This document shows positions 34,875 through 44,443 of a stretch of DNA of 64,000 nt, one piece after another. Below the pieces are notes generated by a model, which saw only the letters and a list, made by a program, of their open reading frames with translations, ran no database searches and was not told the DNA's origin. The position numbers and the translations under genes are program-made. The DNA is from Verrucomicrobiales bacterium (lineage in GTDB: Bacteria > Verrucomicrobiota > Verrucomicrobiia > Verrucomicrobiales > DEV007), in assembly GCA_037969585.1 (NCBI GenBank), contig JBBKXR010000163.1, forward strand, positions 17,553-81,552, read 5' to 3'. Every line of letters starts with the position of its first letter. Position 1 is the stretch's first letter.

Positions 34875-36404
34875 ATGAAACCAAAAATCTTCACCGCACC
34901 GCTAACCCGCGAATGGGATTCGTTGGACGAGAGATCGTTGCGTCGACTTCAGTTACGCAAATTGCGCCGCTTTCTCGGACGTGAGGTGTTGCCGTTTTCC
35001 AAACACTATCGCGAGTTGTTTGCTGAGCACGGTATCAAAGCTGATGATCTGCGCGAATGGAGCGACCTGGCGCGGCTGCCGTTCACCTCAAAACGCGACC
35101 TGCTAGGTCCCAAAGGCGAGCCGATGCCGACTCGCGATTTCGTCATCGCACCGGATGAGGACGTTCTCAAGCGCCGACTGTCGACCATTGCCAGAGCGTT
35201 GGTGTGTGGCCCGACCCGGGCGAAGCAGAAGCTCGCGGATGAGTATCGTCCCTTGCTGATGACCAGCACAACGGGTCGGTCGAGCGACCCCGTGCCATTT
35301 TTCTATACCAACCACGATCTTGAAAACCTGAAGACCACCGGGCGACGGTTGATGGAGATCTGCGATTCAAAAGCAGAATATCGACATCTCAATCTATTCC
35401 CGTACGCGCCGCATCTAGCCTTCTGGCAAATGCACTACGCCGGTCTGGGATTTACCACTTTTTGTCTGAGTAGCGGTGGCGGGAAAGTCATGGGAACCGA
35501 AGGCAATGTGCGTATGTTAGACAAGATTAAGCCCGATGCGTTGATCGGCATGCCGACGTTTATCTACCATGTCCTGGCCGAGGCAGTGAATGCCGGCCTG
35601 CGTGTCGATACGCTGAAGAAAGTCGTGCTCGGTGGCGAGAAGGTGCCTGACGGCATGCGTCGCAAGTTGCGTGCATTGTGCGCCGAACTTGGTTCGACAA
35701 GCGTCGACGTCATGGCAACCTACGGCTTTACCGAAGCGAAGATGGCGTGGCCGGAATGCCCAGCGCTCGATGGCGGGGAGCCGAGTGGTTATCATTTGTA
35801 TCCCGACCTGGGCATCATTGAAGTGATCGATCCCGACAGCGGACAGCCGGTCGCCGACGGACAGCCGGGTGAGATCGTTTTCACCCCGCTCGACAGCCGA
35901 GGTTCGATGGTCATTCGCTATCGTACCGGCGATCACATCAGCGGTGGACTGGTCTTTGATCGATGCCCGTACTGCGGTCGGCAATCACCGCGCCTGATCG
36001 GCCGCATCTCGCGGGTGTCCGATATTCGACGCCTGCACATCGACAAAATCAAAGGTACCTTGGTCAATTTCAACGACCTCGAACACATCCTCGACGATAT
36101 GGACGAGATTGGTGCCTGGCAGATCGAGATCCGGAAACGCAACGACGATCCATTGGAGTGCGACGAATTGGTGGTGCACATCGACCCGGCACCGACGGCG
36201 GATCACGAATCGCTGCGCCGCCGCGTTGAAAAACGATTCATCAAGGCGACCGAGATTCGGCCAAACCGAATCGAATTTCACGACGCGGAAACGCTCCGTG
36301 ATCTGCAGGGAGTCGGCGTGGCTATGAAGGAAGAAAAGGTCGTCGACCACCGCAAACAAGTCAGTGACAGCACTGGTATTTCTGAGCCAGCCATTTCAAA
36401 TTAG
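34875..36404 (+). CDS. Adenylate-forming enzyme of the PaaK / coenzyme F390 synthetase-like family (acyl-CoA ligase, substrate unknown)
   Basis: LMTSTTGRSSDPVPF (degenerate T/S-S-G-T-T-G box), YGFTEA and RYRTGD are present. Size and organisation fit phenylacetate-CoA-ligase-like enzymes rather than FadD. Confidence 0.75.
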   Translation: MKPKIFTAPLTREWDSLDERSLRRLQLRKLRRFLGREVLPFSKHYRELFAEHGIKADDLREWSDLARLPFTSKRDLLGPKGEPMPTRDFVIAPDEDVLKRRLSTIARALVCGPTRAKQKLADEYRPLLMTSTTGRSSDPVPFFYTNHDLENLKTTGRRLMEICDSKAEYRHLNLFPYAPHLAFWQMHYAGLGFTTFCLSSGGGKVMGTEGNVRMLDKIKPDALIGMPTFIYHVLAEAVNAGLRVDTLKKVVLGGEKVPDGMRRKLRALCAELGSTSVDVMATYGFTEAKMAWPECPALDGGEPSGYHLYPDLGIIEVIDPDSGQPVADGQPGEIVFTPLDSRGSMVIRYRTGDHISGGLVFDRCPYCGRQSPRLIGRISRVSDIRRLHIDKIKGTLVNFNDLEHILDDMDEIGAWQIEIRKRNDDPLECDELVVHIDPAPTADHESLRRRVEKRFIKATEIRPNRIEFHDAETLRDLQGVGVAMKEEKVVDHRKQVSDSTGISEPAISN

Positions 36405-36408
36405 GACA

Positions 36409-37683
36409 ATGAGTCTAGATCCCAAAAAGCAACTGGTCGTTATTGACGGCGTGCGCACTCCCTTCTCAAAAATGGGCACTGCGCTGGCGGGCTGCGATGC
36501 CGTTGAACTCGGGCGCACGGCCGTGTCGGCTTTGCTGACGCAAACCGGTATCGATCCGGAAATCATCGACGAGACGATCATCGGGTGTGTATCGCAGCCA
36601 GCCGATGCCGCGAACATCGCTCGTGTCGTTGCCCTGCGTGCAGGAATCCCGGAGCGGGTACCGGCGGTAACGGTGCATCGCAACTGCGGGTCCGGTCTCG
36701 AAGCGATCACCACAGCTTCCGACAAGATGGCCGCAGGCAGGGGAGAGGTTTTTGTCGTCGGTGGAACCGAAAGTATGTCGCGGGTGCCGTTGCTTTACTC
36801 AGCGGCGGCGGCCACAAAATTTGCCGCCTTATCCCGGGCAAAAACGTTCGGTGCCAAGGCTTCTGCGGCGATGCAGTTTCGGCCCTCTGACTTTGCCCCG
36901 ATCATCGCCCTGCGTCTCGGCCTGACCGATCCGGTCGTCTCGATGAACATGGGGCAGACGGCCGAACTGATCGCCCGCGACTTCAACATTTCTCGCGAAG
37001 AGCAGGATCAGTTTGCGTTGGATTCGAACGCCAAGGCGCTCGCGGCGGCGGAACGTCTACGCGAAGAAATGTGCCCGGTCTATTTGCCTGACAGTCGCGG
37101 CAAAGATGATTTCGTGATCGGTGATAATGGTCCGCGTGAAGGGCAAACCATCGAAGCCCTGGCCAAGCTGCGTCCGGTTTTTGAAAAAGATACCGGCACG
37201 GTCACCGCCGGCAACTCTTCGCAAATTACCGATGGCGCCGTTGCGTTGTTAGTGATGACTGCCGAACGCGCGGAAGCACTCGGTCTCGAACCACTCGGAC
37301 GACTGGCGGGTTACGCCTTTTCCGGTTGTGATCCGAAGCGGATGGGACTGGGGCCGGCGTACGCGATTCGTGATCTCACCGAACGCGGTGGCCGTTCGCC
37401 GGGTGATGCAGATGTCGTAGAAATTAACGAAGCCTTCGCCGCTCAGGTGATCGGTGTTCTCAAGTGTCTCGAAGGCGAGGCGTTCAAAGGCTGCGAACTG
37501 GATCGAGACAAACTGAACCCCAATGGCGGTGCCATCGCTCTCGGACATCCAGTGGGTGCCACTGGAGCCCGTCTTGTGCTGACCGCGCTGCATGAATTGA
37601 AGCGACGCAATACCCGTCACGCCCTGGTGTCTATGTGCATCGGTGGTGGCCAAGGCGGTGCTGCGTGGCTGGAAAGGCCCTGA
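36409..37683 (+). CDS. fadA: Acetyl-CoA C-acyltransferase (thiolase)
   Basis: VHRNCGSGLEAI (active-site Cys), NEAFAAQV, GHPVGATGAR and SMCIGGGQG are present. ATG 36409 lies 4 nt after the previous stop. Confidence 0.92.
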   Translation: MSLDPKKQLVVIDGVRTPFSKMGTALAGCDAVELGRTAVSALLTQTGIDPEIIDETIIGCVSQPADAANIARVVALRAGIPERVPAVTVHRNCGSGLEAITTASDKMAAGRGEVFVVGGTESMSRVPLLYSAAAATKFAALSRAKTFGAKASAAMQFRPSDFAPIIALRLGLTDPVVSMNMGQTAELIARDFNISREEQDQFALDSNAKALAAAERLREEMCPVYLPDSRGKDDFVIGDNGPREGQTIEALAKLRPVFEKDTGTVTAGNSSQITDGAVALLVMTAERAEALGLEPLGRLAGYAFSGCDPKRMGLGPAYAIRDLTERGGRSPGDADVVEINEAFAAQVIGVLKCLEGEAFKGCELDRDKLNPNGGAIALGHPVGATGARLVLTALHELKRRNTRHALVSMCIGGGQGGAAWLERP

Positions 37684-37684
37684 G

Positions 37685-39835
37685 ATGAAAACGATAATTC
37701 CCCCAATGACAGAACAAGCTGACCCACCTTCGGAGCATCACCAGCGCCCTAAGCCCGATCTTGCAAACATTCGCCGTGAATTGCGCGCGGATGGAGTGGT
37801 CGTATTGGTGTTTGATCGGGCGAATTCACCGGTCAATATTTTTGATCCGGACACGCTGGCGGAACTGGAGAATCACCTCGATGAAGTCACCGCTGATTCG
37901 AGCGTGCGTGCTTTGGTCCTGACCAGTGCCAAGCGCGGTATTTTTGTCGCCGGAGCCGATTTGGATTTTGTTTCGAGCGCAGTCGGTGATGAATTGACCG
38001 AGTTCATCGAAAGCGGTCAGCGGGTGTTCTCCAGATTGGCGGCGCTGCGCGTGCCGACGGTTGCGACCATCGATGGAGCCTGTCTCGGTGGCGGGCTCGA
38101 GTTGGCGCTCGCTTGCGACTATCGCATCGCCAGTCCTGACAAGAGCACTAAAATCGGGCTTCCTGAAACTCAGCTCGGCATTCTTCCGGCGTGGGGAGGG
38201 TCGACGCGGCTGCCTCGACTCATCGGGCTGACTAAAGCGCTGGGCTTGATTCTCGGTGGAAAAATACTCACGGCGGCTCACGCCAAAAAACTGGGTGTCA
38301 TCGATGCCTTGGCACCGCGCGAGCGACTGGTCGATTTCGCGGTAGCGCTGATCGACGCAGGCAAGGTCTTGCCCAAGCGTTCGACGCACTGGTTGACCAA
38401 TAATCGTCTGGTTAGAGAAATTGTGCAGCGCAAGGCCCACGCCAATGCTGCGGCAAAGACCCGTGGAAACTACCCTGCGATTGCGAGTGCGATCGACGTG
38501 ATTTGCAATGGCCTCGCTGGCACTGTGGCCGAATCACTGGAGTTGGAGCGTCGTGCGGTGATCGAGTTGTCGACCACCAACGCGGCCAAGCAACTGATGC
38601 GGGTGTTTCATTTGCAGGAAAATGCCAAAAAGTTTCATGTCAGTGATGCTTCGGCCTCTGACATCAATCGTGCGGCGGTGATCGGTGCCGGTGTCATGGG
38701 AGCGGGCATCGCTCACTGGTTGAGTTCGCGAAAAATACCCACGGTGATGCAGGATATCGACGAAGAGAAAGTCGGCGCTGGTATGAAACGGATTGGCAAG
38801 CTCTATGCGGATGGTGCGAAACGTCGCCTGTTTTCTCCGGATGAAGCACGACGTTTGATCGATCGTATTTCACCGGCGGTTGGTTCGGTTCCTTTGGAGC
38901 ACGCTGATTTGGTCATCGAGGCGGCGGTCGAAAACCTGGCGGTGAAGAAGACCATTTTTGCCGAACTGTGTGGACGCGTTCGGCCCGACACAGTGCTGGC
39001 TACCAACACGTCGGCGCTGCCGATCGGCGAACTGGCAAACGACTCGCGAATCTCTCATCCCGAGCGAATCGTTGGTCTGCATTTTTTCAATCCAGTGCAT
39101 CGCATGAAGCTGGTCGAAATCGTCGTCACAGAGCGTACTTCGCCGGAAGTTGTTGAGACGGCACTGCGCTTTGCTCGAAAGATCGGTAAGCTGCCGGTGG
39201 TGGTCAAAGACAGTCCCGGTTTTTTAGTGAACCGCATTCTGATGCCGTATCTCATCGAAGCTGGACGACTGTTCGATCGCGGCGTCGATGCGCGCGAGAT
39301 CGACGAGGCGATGCTCGATTTTGGTATGCCGATGGGTCCGCTTCGCCTGCTCGATGAAGTCGGCCTGGATGTAGCGATGCACGTTTCCAGCACCATGGCG
39401 GAGGCCTTTGGCGATCGCTTTGCGGCGCCGCCGGTGCTGAAGCGATTGGTCGACAAAGGTCTCCTGGGCCGTAAGTCGGGTGAAGGGTTTTTCGTCTATG
39501 GAAAAGGCGATGCAACGGTCAGCGAAAAAGCTCTGGCTTGTCGCGCGACGGCTGCATCGCAATCCCTGAAAGAAAATGATATCGCCGAGCGCTTGTCGTT
39601 GCTGATGGTGAACGAAGGTTTTCGGGTGCTCGATGAAGGTGTCGCGGCGAGCGGCGATGATGTCGATTTTGCGATGATTCTCGGCACCGGCTTCGCTCCA
39701 TTTCGCGGTGGACCGATCACATACGCTCACCATCTCGGTCTCGAGCACGTGGTCGATCGCTTGAACGCGATCGGCAAAAGCGAAGCTGAAATTTTTGAAC
39801 CTGCTGCCGGACTTGTCAGTGCCGCCAGCAAATGA
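37685..39835 (+). CDS. fadB: Bifunctional enoyl-CoA hydratase / 3-hydroxyacyl-CoA dehydrogenase (FadB/FadJ-like)
   Basis: N-terminal crotonase block IFVAGADL...GACLGGGLELALACD, central Rossmann AAVIGAGVMGAGIA and DSPGFLVNRIL are present. ATG 37685 lies 1 nt after the thiolase stop. Confidence 0.92.
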   Translation: MKTIIPPMTEQADPPSEHHQRPKPDLANIRRELRADGVVVLVFDRANSPVNIFDPDTLAELENHLDEVTADSSVRALVLTSAKRGIFVAGADLDFVSSAVGDELTEFIESGQRVFSRLAALRVPTVATIDGACLGGGLELALACDYRIASPDKSTKIGLPETQLGILPAWGGSTRLPRLIGLTKALGLILGGKILTAAHAKKLGVIDALAPRERLVDFAVALIDAGKVLPKRSTHWLTNNRLVREIVQRKAHANAAAKTRGNYPAIASAIDVICNGLAGTVAESLELERRAVIELSTTNAAKQLMRVFHLQENAKKFHVSDASASDINRAAVIGAGVMGAGIAHWLSSRKIPTVMQDIDEEKVGAGMKRIGKLYADGAKRRLFSPDEARRLIDRISPAVGSVPLEHADLVIEAAVENLAVKKTIFAELCGRVRPDTVLATNTSALPIGELANDSRISHPERIVGLHFFNPVHRMKLVEIVVTERTSPEVVETALRFARKIGKLPVVVKDSPGFLVNRILMPYLIEAGRLFDRGVDAREIDEAMLDFGMPMGPLRLLDEVGLDVAMHVSSTMAEAFGDRFAAPPVLKRLVDKGLLGRKSGEGFFVYGKGDATVSEKALACRATAASQSLKENDIAERLSLLMVNEGFRVLDEGVAASGDDVDFAMILGTGFAPFRGGPITYAHHLGLEHVVDRLNAIGKSEAEIFEPAAGLVSAASK

Positions 39836-39869
39836 ATAACCCCACGAGAAAGTAAGAAAGGAACCGACC

Positions 39870-41786
39870 ATGAAACCAACGTCTGCAAATACTCCCACCG
39901 GTAACGGCGGTGATGCGGCGCGAGCTGAAAAATCGCACTCCGTCATCGATACTTCGAAGATGTCAGTCGAAGAGCGGGCCGCGCTCGAGATGACTGAAGC
40001 GGCCCGGGAAAAGGCCAGCGAGCGCAACAGTTTTGCCGGTTCTCTTTTTATGGGGCGTCCCGATCTCGATGCCATCGTGCCGTTCCCGGCACAGAACCTT
40101 GAAGACGAGGATCAAGGCGATGCATTCCTGTCGCAATTGCGTGAGTTCGTTGAAACGAGAGTTGATGCCGATGCCATCGATCGCACCGGTGAGATCCCCG
40201 ACGATGTGATCAACGGGTTGGCCGAGATGGGGGCTTTCGGAATTAAGACGCCGACCGAATACGGTGGCTTGGGACTTTCACAGACCAACTACTCGCGCGC
40301 AGCGATGTTGCTCGGCGGTCACTGCGGTAGCCTGACGGCCTTGCTGTCTGCGCATCAGTCGATCGGTGTACCGCAGCCGCTGATTGCGTTTGGCACGGAG
40401 GCACAAAAGAAGAAATTCCTGCCGCGGTGTGCCGGCGGAGAGATTTCCGCATTTGCCCTGACTGAGCACGAGGTCGGCTCCGATCCGGCGCGCATGTCGA
40501 CCATGGCCGTGCCGAGTGAGGACGGTAGCGAGTATGTGATCAATGGCGAAAAGCTGTGGTGCACTAACGGTGTGAAAGCTGGCGTGATAGTGGTCATGGC
40601 ACGCACGCCGGCTTCGGCGGAAAAAGGGGGTGGTCTTGAAAATGGACCGATCAGCGCTTTTATCGTCGAGATGGATACTCCTGGAGTCGAAGTGACTCAT
40701 CGTTGCCGCTTCATGGGCCTGAAAGCTCTCTACAACGGCGTGGTGACGTTCAAAGACGTTCGCGTTCCGGCGGAAAACATCATTCTCGGCGAAGGTCGTG
40801 GATTGAAGGTGGCGTTGACGACGCTCAATACGGGACGCATCACGTTGCCAGCCGCTTGCGTCGGCATGGCCAAGAAGTGTCTCGAATGGTCGCGCGACTG
40901 GGCTGGCCGTCGTGTGCAGTGGGGGGCGCCAATCGGCAAGCACGATGCCATCGCGCAGAAACTCGCCAAGATGGCGGCGGACACCTTTGCGATGGAATCG
41001 ATCGTGCTCTACACCTCGGCGCTGGTCGATCGCGACAAAAAGGCGGACATCCGCATCGAGGCAGCGTTCGGCAAGATGTGGGGCACAGAGCGTGGCTGGG
41101 AGATCGTCGACGACACCATGCAGATCCGTGGCGGTCGCGGTTATGAGACAGCCGATTCGTTACGTGCTCGTGGCGACGAGCCGATTCCAGTGGAACGCTT
41201 TATGCGTGACTCGCGCATCAACACGATCTTCGAGGGATCGAGTGAGATCATGCGCTTGTTCATCGCTCGCGAGGCGCTCGATCCGCATCTTAACATGGGC
41301 GGGCCAGTGCTTAACTCGATGCTACCGTGGAAGGTGCGCGCCAAAGCAGCGCTGCGCTCGGCGTGGTTTTACGGGCGTTGGTATCCAGCACAGTGGCTGC
41401 CAACTTTCTCCAGCGGTGTTAGCGGTGAAATGCATGCCGAATTGAAGTCGGAAATGCGCCGAGTGCGCGCTTTGAGCAGGAAGCTGGCCCGTCGGTTATT
41501 CCACGCCATGGTGCTGAATGGTCCTAAGCTGGAGAAAAAGCAGGCACTGCTCGGTCGCTTTGTCGACATCGGTGCGGAACTGTTCGCGATCACGGCGACG
41601 TGCAGCCGGGCTCAGCATTTGTTGGCCACCGGCAAGGCGAAAGGCGATGACGCCGACGAATTGCTCGGCCTGGTGCGCTACTTCTGCAAAGCCGCTCGTG
41701 GCAGGATCGATGGCTGGTTTCGTGGTCTGGCGAACAATGCCGACAAGGAAGGCTACGCAGTTGCCAAGCGACTGATTGGTGACTGA
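39870..41786 (+). CDS. Long acyl-CoA dehydrogenase (about 640 aa, with C-terminal extension)
   Basis: GEKLWCTNG and IRGGRGYET...ERFMRDSRINTIFEGSSEIM are ACAD signatures. An SD-like aaaggaa precedes the ATG. Confidence 0.88.
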   Translation: MKPTSANTPTGNGGDAARAEKSHSVIDTSKMSVEERAALEMTEAAREKASERNSFAGSLFMGRPDLDAIVPFPAQNLEDEDQGDAFLSQLREFVETRVDADAIDRTGEIPDDVINGLAEMGAFGIKTPTEYGGLGLSQTNYSRAAMLLGGHCGSLTALLSAHQSIGVPQPLIAFGTEAQKKKFLPRCAGGEISAFALTEHEVGSDPARMSTMAVPSEDGSEYVINGEKLWCTNGVKAGVIVVMARTPASAEKGGGLENGPISAFIVEMDTPGVEVTHRCRFMGLKALYNGVVTFKDVRVPAENIILGEGRGLKVALTTLNTGRITLPAACVGMAKKCLEWSRDWAGRRVQWGAPIGKHDAIAQKLAKMAADTFAMESIVLYTSALVDRDKKADIRIEAAFGKMWGTERGWEIVDDTMQIRGGRGYETADSLRARGDEPIPVERFMRDSRINTIFEGSSEIMRLFIAREALDPHLNMGGPVLNSMLPWKVRAKAALRSAWFYGRWYPAQWLPTFSSGVSGEMHAELKSEMRRVRALSRKLARRLFHAMVLNGPKLEKKQALLGRFVDIGAELFAITATCSRAQHLLATGKAKGDDADELLGLVRYFCKAARGRIDGWFRGLANNADKEGYAVAKRLIGD

Positions 41787-41862
41787 AGCAGGCAATTACA
41801 TCGGTCGTGTTGCGCATGAATTAATTTTTCCTCAAGCGCGTACTGGACAGGTTACGGGAGGG

Positions 41863-41888
41863 CGGTCACGATCCGTCGTACGTGACCG
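41863..41888 (+). other. Perfect 8-bp hairpin overlapping the symporter start region
   Basis: CGGTCACG-atccgtcgta-CGTGACCG. The 3' arm contains the candidate GTG start (41882) and ends 2 nt before ATG 41891. Confidence 0.4.
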
Positions 41889-43501
41889 AAATGATCGAAA
41901 ATACATTTGTGACGGCATTGCCGTTGGGAGGCCTGCTGGCGCAGGCAGCAGATACGGCGTCGCTGGTGCCTGAGGGTGGTCTGGCTGCTATCGACTGGGC
42001 CATTGTTGTGCTGTATGCGGCGGCGACCTTGTTCATGGGCTGGTGGTATGGCCGGAAGCAGGTGTCGACCAAGGAATACTTTACCGGTTCGGGGAACATG
42101 AACCCGCTGCTAATCGGCGTGTCGCTGTTCGCGTCGTTGTTGAGTACGATCACGTATTTGTCGACTCCGGGCGAGGTTTTCGGCAAGGGGCCGGTCTACC
42201 TGACGAACTATCTGGCCTATCCGCTCATTTTTATCGTCGTTGGTTTTGTCATGTTGCCGGTCTACATGCGCCTGCGGGTGATGAGTGCCTACGAACTGCT
42301 GGAGGAGAGATTAGGCTTGAGTGTGCGACTGCTCGGCGCGTCGATGTTCCTGGTCCTGCGCCTGGTGTGGATGTCGCTGTTGATTTATGCGGCAGCGAAA
42401 GCGTTTTGTTACATCATCGATGCGGACCCGAAATACATCCCATGGATTGTTGTGATCACCGGAGCAATTTCGCTCTTCTACGCTTCGCTTGGTGGACTAC
42501 GGGCGGTCGTTGTGACGGATCTGATGCAATCGCTTCTACTTTACGGTGGCGCGGTGGCGGTGATCGGTGTGGTGTCGTGGAGGATGGGTGGTTTCCAATG
42601 GTTTCCGACCGAGTGGAATGAGAACTGGGATCGTCAGCTGATCTTCCCGGAAAGTCTTTCGACGCGGGTTTCTGTGTTCGGCACCTTTTTGTCGGTGATG
42701 ATCTGGTATATAGCGACTTCGGGAGGCGATCAGGTCTCGGTGCAGCGGTTCATGGCCACCAAGGATGTGTCGGCGGCGCGCAAGGCGATTGGCATGCAGT
42801 TGGTGATCGCGTTGTTGGTCGGGGTGACGCTGGGGTTGGCCGGCTTTGCGATGCTCGGATATTTCCAGGCACATCCGGAGCTGTTGCCCGGCGATTTTTC
42901 GATGCGGGCAAATGCGGACGATGTGTTTCCGTTGTTCATCGGGTTTCATTTGCCGCCGGTCGTTTCGGGGCTGGTGGCGGCGGGGTTATTTGCTGCGGCG
43001 ATGTCGAGCATGGACTCGGGGATCAATTCCATCACTGCGGTGGTCAGTAATGATTTTGTCGGTCGATTGGGGAAAGGGAAGCGGACGGATCGGCAGGAAG
43101 TTCTGTCGGCGCGAATCCTGGCGGTCGTTGTCGGTATCATTGTGATGGCGGGCAGTACTCTGATGCCCCTGATTCCGGGAAATATCACGGCGATGACTCA
43201 GAAGACGGTGAACCTGTTTACGGTGCCGATTTTCTGTCTGTTTCTTTTTGCGCTATTCATCAAAAAGGCCAGTCCGGTTGGCGTTTGGATCGGCTGTCTC
43301 ACCGGTACGACGGTGGCGATTTTAATTGCGTTTTCGGGGCCGATCTTCGGCTTTATTGAAACGCCTGAAGGCAGACTGGATCCGATCAGTTTTCAGTGGA
43401 TCACGGTTGCTGCCTTGGTTGTCAACATGGTGGTTGGCTACGTGTTCAGTATTCTATTCCCGCGAAAAGGTGCGGGTAAGGAGTCTCCAGTCGCTGGATG
43501 A
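41882..43501 (+). CDS. Sodium:solute symporter (SSS family)
   Basis: About 13 hydrophobic segments. SSS-typical blocks YFTGSGNMNP and GGLRAVVVTDLMQS are present. Start is GTG 41882 or ATG 41891. Confidence 0.85.
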   Translation: MTEMIENTFVTALPLGGLLAQAADTASLVPEGGLAAIDWAIVVLYAAATLFMGWWYGRKQVSTKEYFTGSGNMNPLLIGVSLFASLLSTITYLSTPGEVFGKGPVYLTNYLAYPLIFIVVGFVMLPVYMRLRVMSAYELLEERLGLSVRLLGASMFLVLRLVWMSLLIYAAAKAFCYIIDADPKYIPWIVVITGAISLFYASLGGLRAVVVTDLMQSLLLYGGAVAVIGVVSWRMGGFQWFPTEWNENWDRQLIFPESLSTRVSVFGTFLSVMIWYIATSGGDQVSVQRFMATKDVSAARKAIGMQLVIALLVGVTLGLAGFAMLGYFQAHPELLPGDFSMRANADDVFPLFIGFHLPPVVSGLVAAGLFAAAMSSMDSGINSITAVVSNDFVGRLGKGKRTDRQEVLSARILAVVVGIIVMAGSTLMPLIPGNITAMTQKTVNLFTVPIFCLFLFALFIKKASPVGVWIGCLTGTTVAILIAFSGPIFGFIETPEGRLDPISFQWITVAALVVNMVVGYVFSILFPRKGAGKESPVAG

Positions 43502-44430
43502 AATTTGCTATGAAGATCATTTCCGAAGTAGTCGTCGCAGGCCGAGTAGCTGTTGTTCATTTGATAATGCTGACACTGATCGGCGTGGCCTTTTCCGGTT
43601 GCGCCGCCGGTCCGTATGCAAGTGCTCCGGAGATCGATGCGGAAACCCATGCCAAGGCATTATCGATTTTACGTAAGGGCATGCATGGCGACGAGTTCTG
43701 GCCGTCGATGCATGCTGCTGAGGGATTGACGCTCGGAGGTTATGGCGACGAAGTGAAGGCCTACCTTGAACCTAAGTTGCCGCGCCAGCGTGACGACCAG
43801 AAGCGTTGCGGTCTGGCCCGCGAAATGGTGCGTGCCGGTGATACCGGCAAGGCTCAGGTGATGCTCGACATTTTGGCAGGCGATGACGACTACGGTCATG
43901 TGCATGCTGCCGAAAGCCTCTACAAGGTGGGGCTGATCGGTGATGGTGTAGCGATGCGCAAGGCATTCGCTCAAACGGAAAACATGAAGTTGCACTTGAT
44001 GGCTGCGGCGGCTCTGGCGAAACAAGGCGATCGCGCGGCTATGCATGCGATTCGTGAAGGCATGCTGGCAAATGACAACGATACGGTGCGGATATCTGCC
44101 TGGTTGCTCGGTCGGATCGGCAACGGAGCGGACCGCAGGCTGCTGCGGACGAGTATGGCACGGGTGACCGCCGCCCCTGAAACATTCGAACCCGTGGTGG
44201 TGGTGATGATACAGAATTCGCTGGCAGCGCTGGGGGATCCGGCCGGAAAGGCGGCGTTGATGCAGAACCTTGAGTCGGTCGATGATGCATTTCGCACCTA
44301 CTCGGCGACTTTCGCCGGGGACGCGAATCTGACGAATTTGACGCCAAAACTAATTGAGATGCTCGACGATCCCTACGAGGATGCGCGCATTCGGGCGGCG
44401 CAAACGCTGCTGGTTTTTTCACGCCGCTAA
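43498..44430 (+). CDS. HEAT/armadillo-like repeat lipoprotein, translationally coupled to the symporter
   Basis: ATGA start/stop overlap at 43498..43501, with AAGGAG at 43478..43483. Lipobox GVAFSGC. Repeated helical units HAAEGLTLGGYGD, HAAESLYKVGLIGD, AAAALAKQGDRAA, ISAWLLGRIGNGAD and IRAAQTLL. Confidence 0.7.
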   Translation: MKFAMKIISEVVVAGRVAVVHLIMLTLIGVAFSGCAAGPYASAPEIDAETHAKALSILRKGMHGDEFWPSMHAAEGLTLGGYGDEVKAYLEPKLPRQRDDQKRCGLAREMVRAGDTGKAQVMLDILAGDDDYGHVHAAESLYKVGLIGDGVAMRKAFAQTENMKLHLMAAAALAKQGDRAAMHAIREGMLANDNDTVRISAWLLGRIGNGADRRLLRTSMARVTAAPETFEPVVVVMIQNSLAALGDPAGKAALMQNLESVDDAFRTYSATFAGDANLTNLTPKLIEMLDDPYEDARIRAAQTLLVFSRR

Positions 44431-44443
44431 CTACATTAATTTT

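Noticed and set aside
39224-40075. 283-aa minus-strand ORF spanning the FadB/acyl-CoA dehydrogenase junction, and similar ORFs at 40278..40943, 44448..45104 and 44726..45364
   Set aside because: All are antisense to strongly supported plus-strand genes, are Arg/Pro/His-rich and have no recognisable domains.
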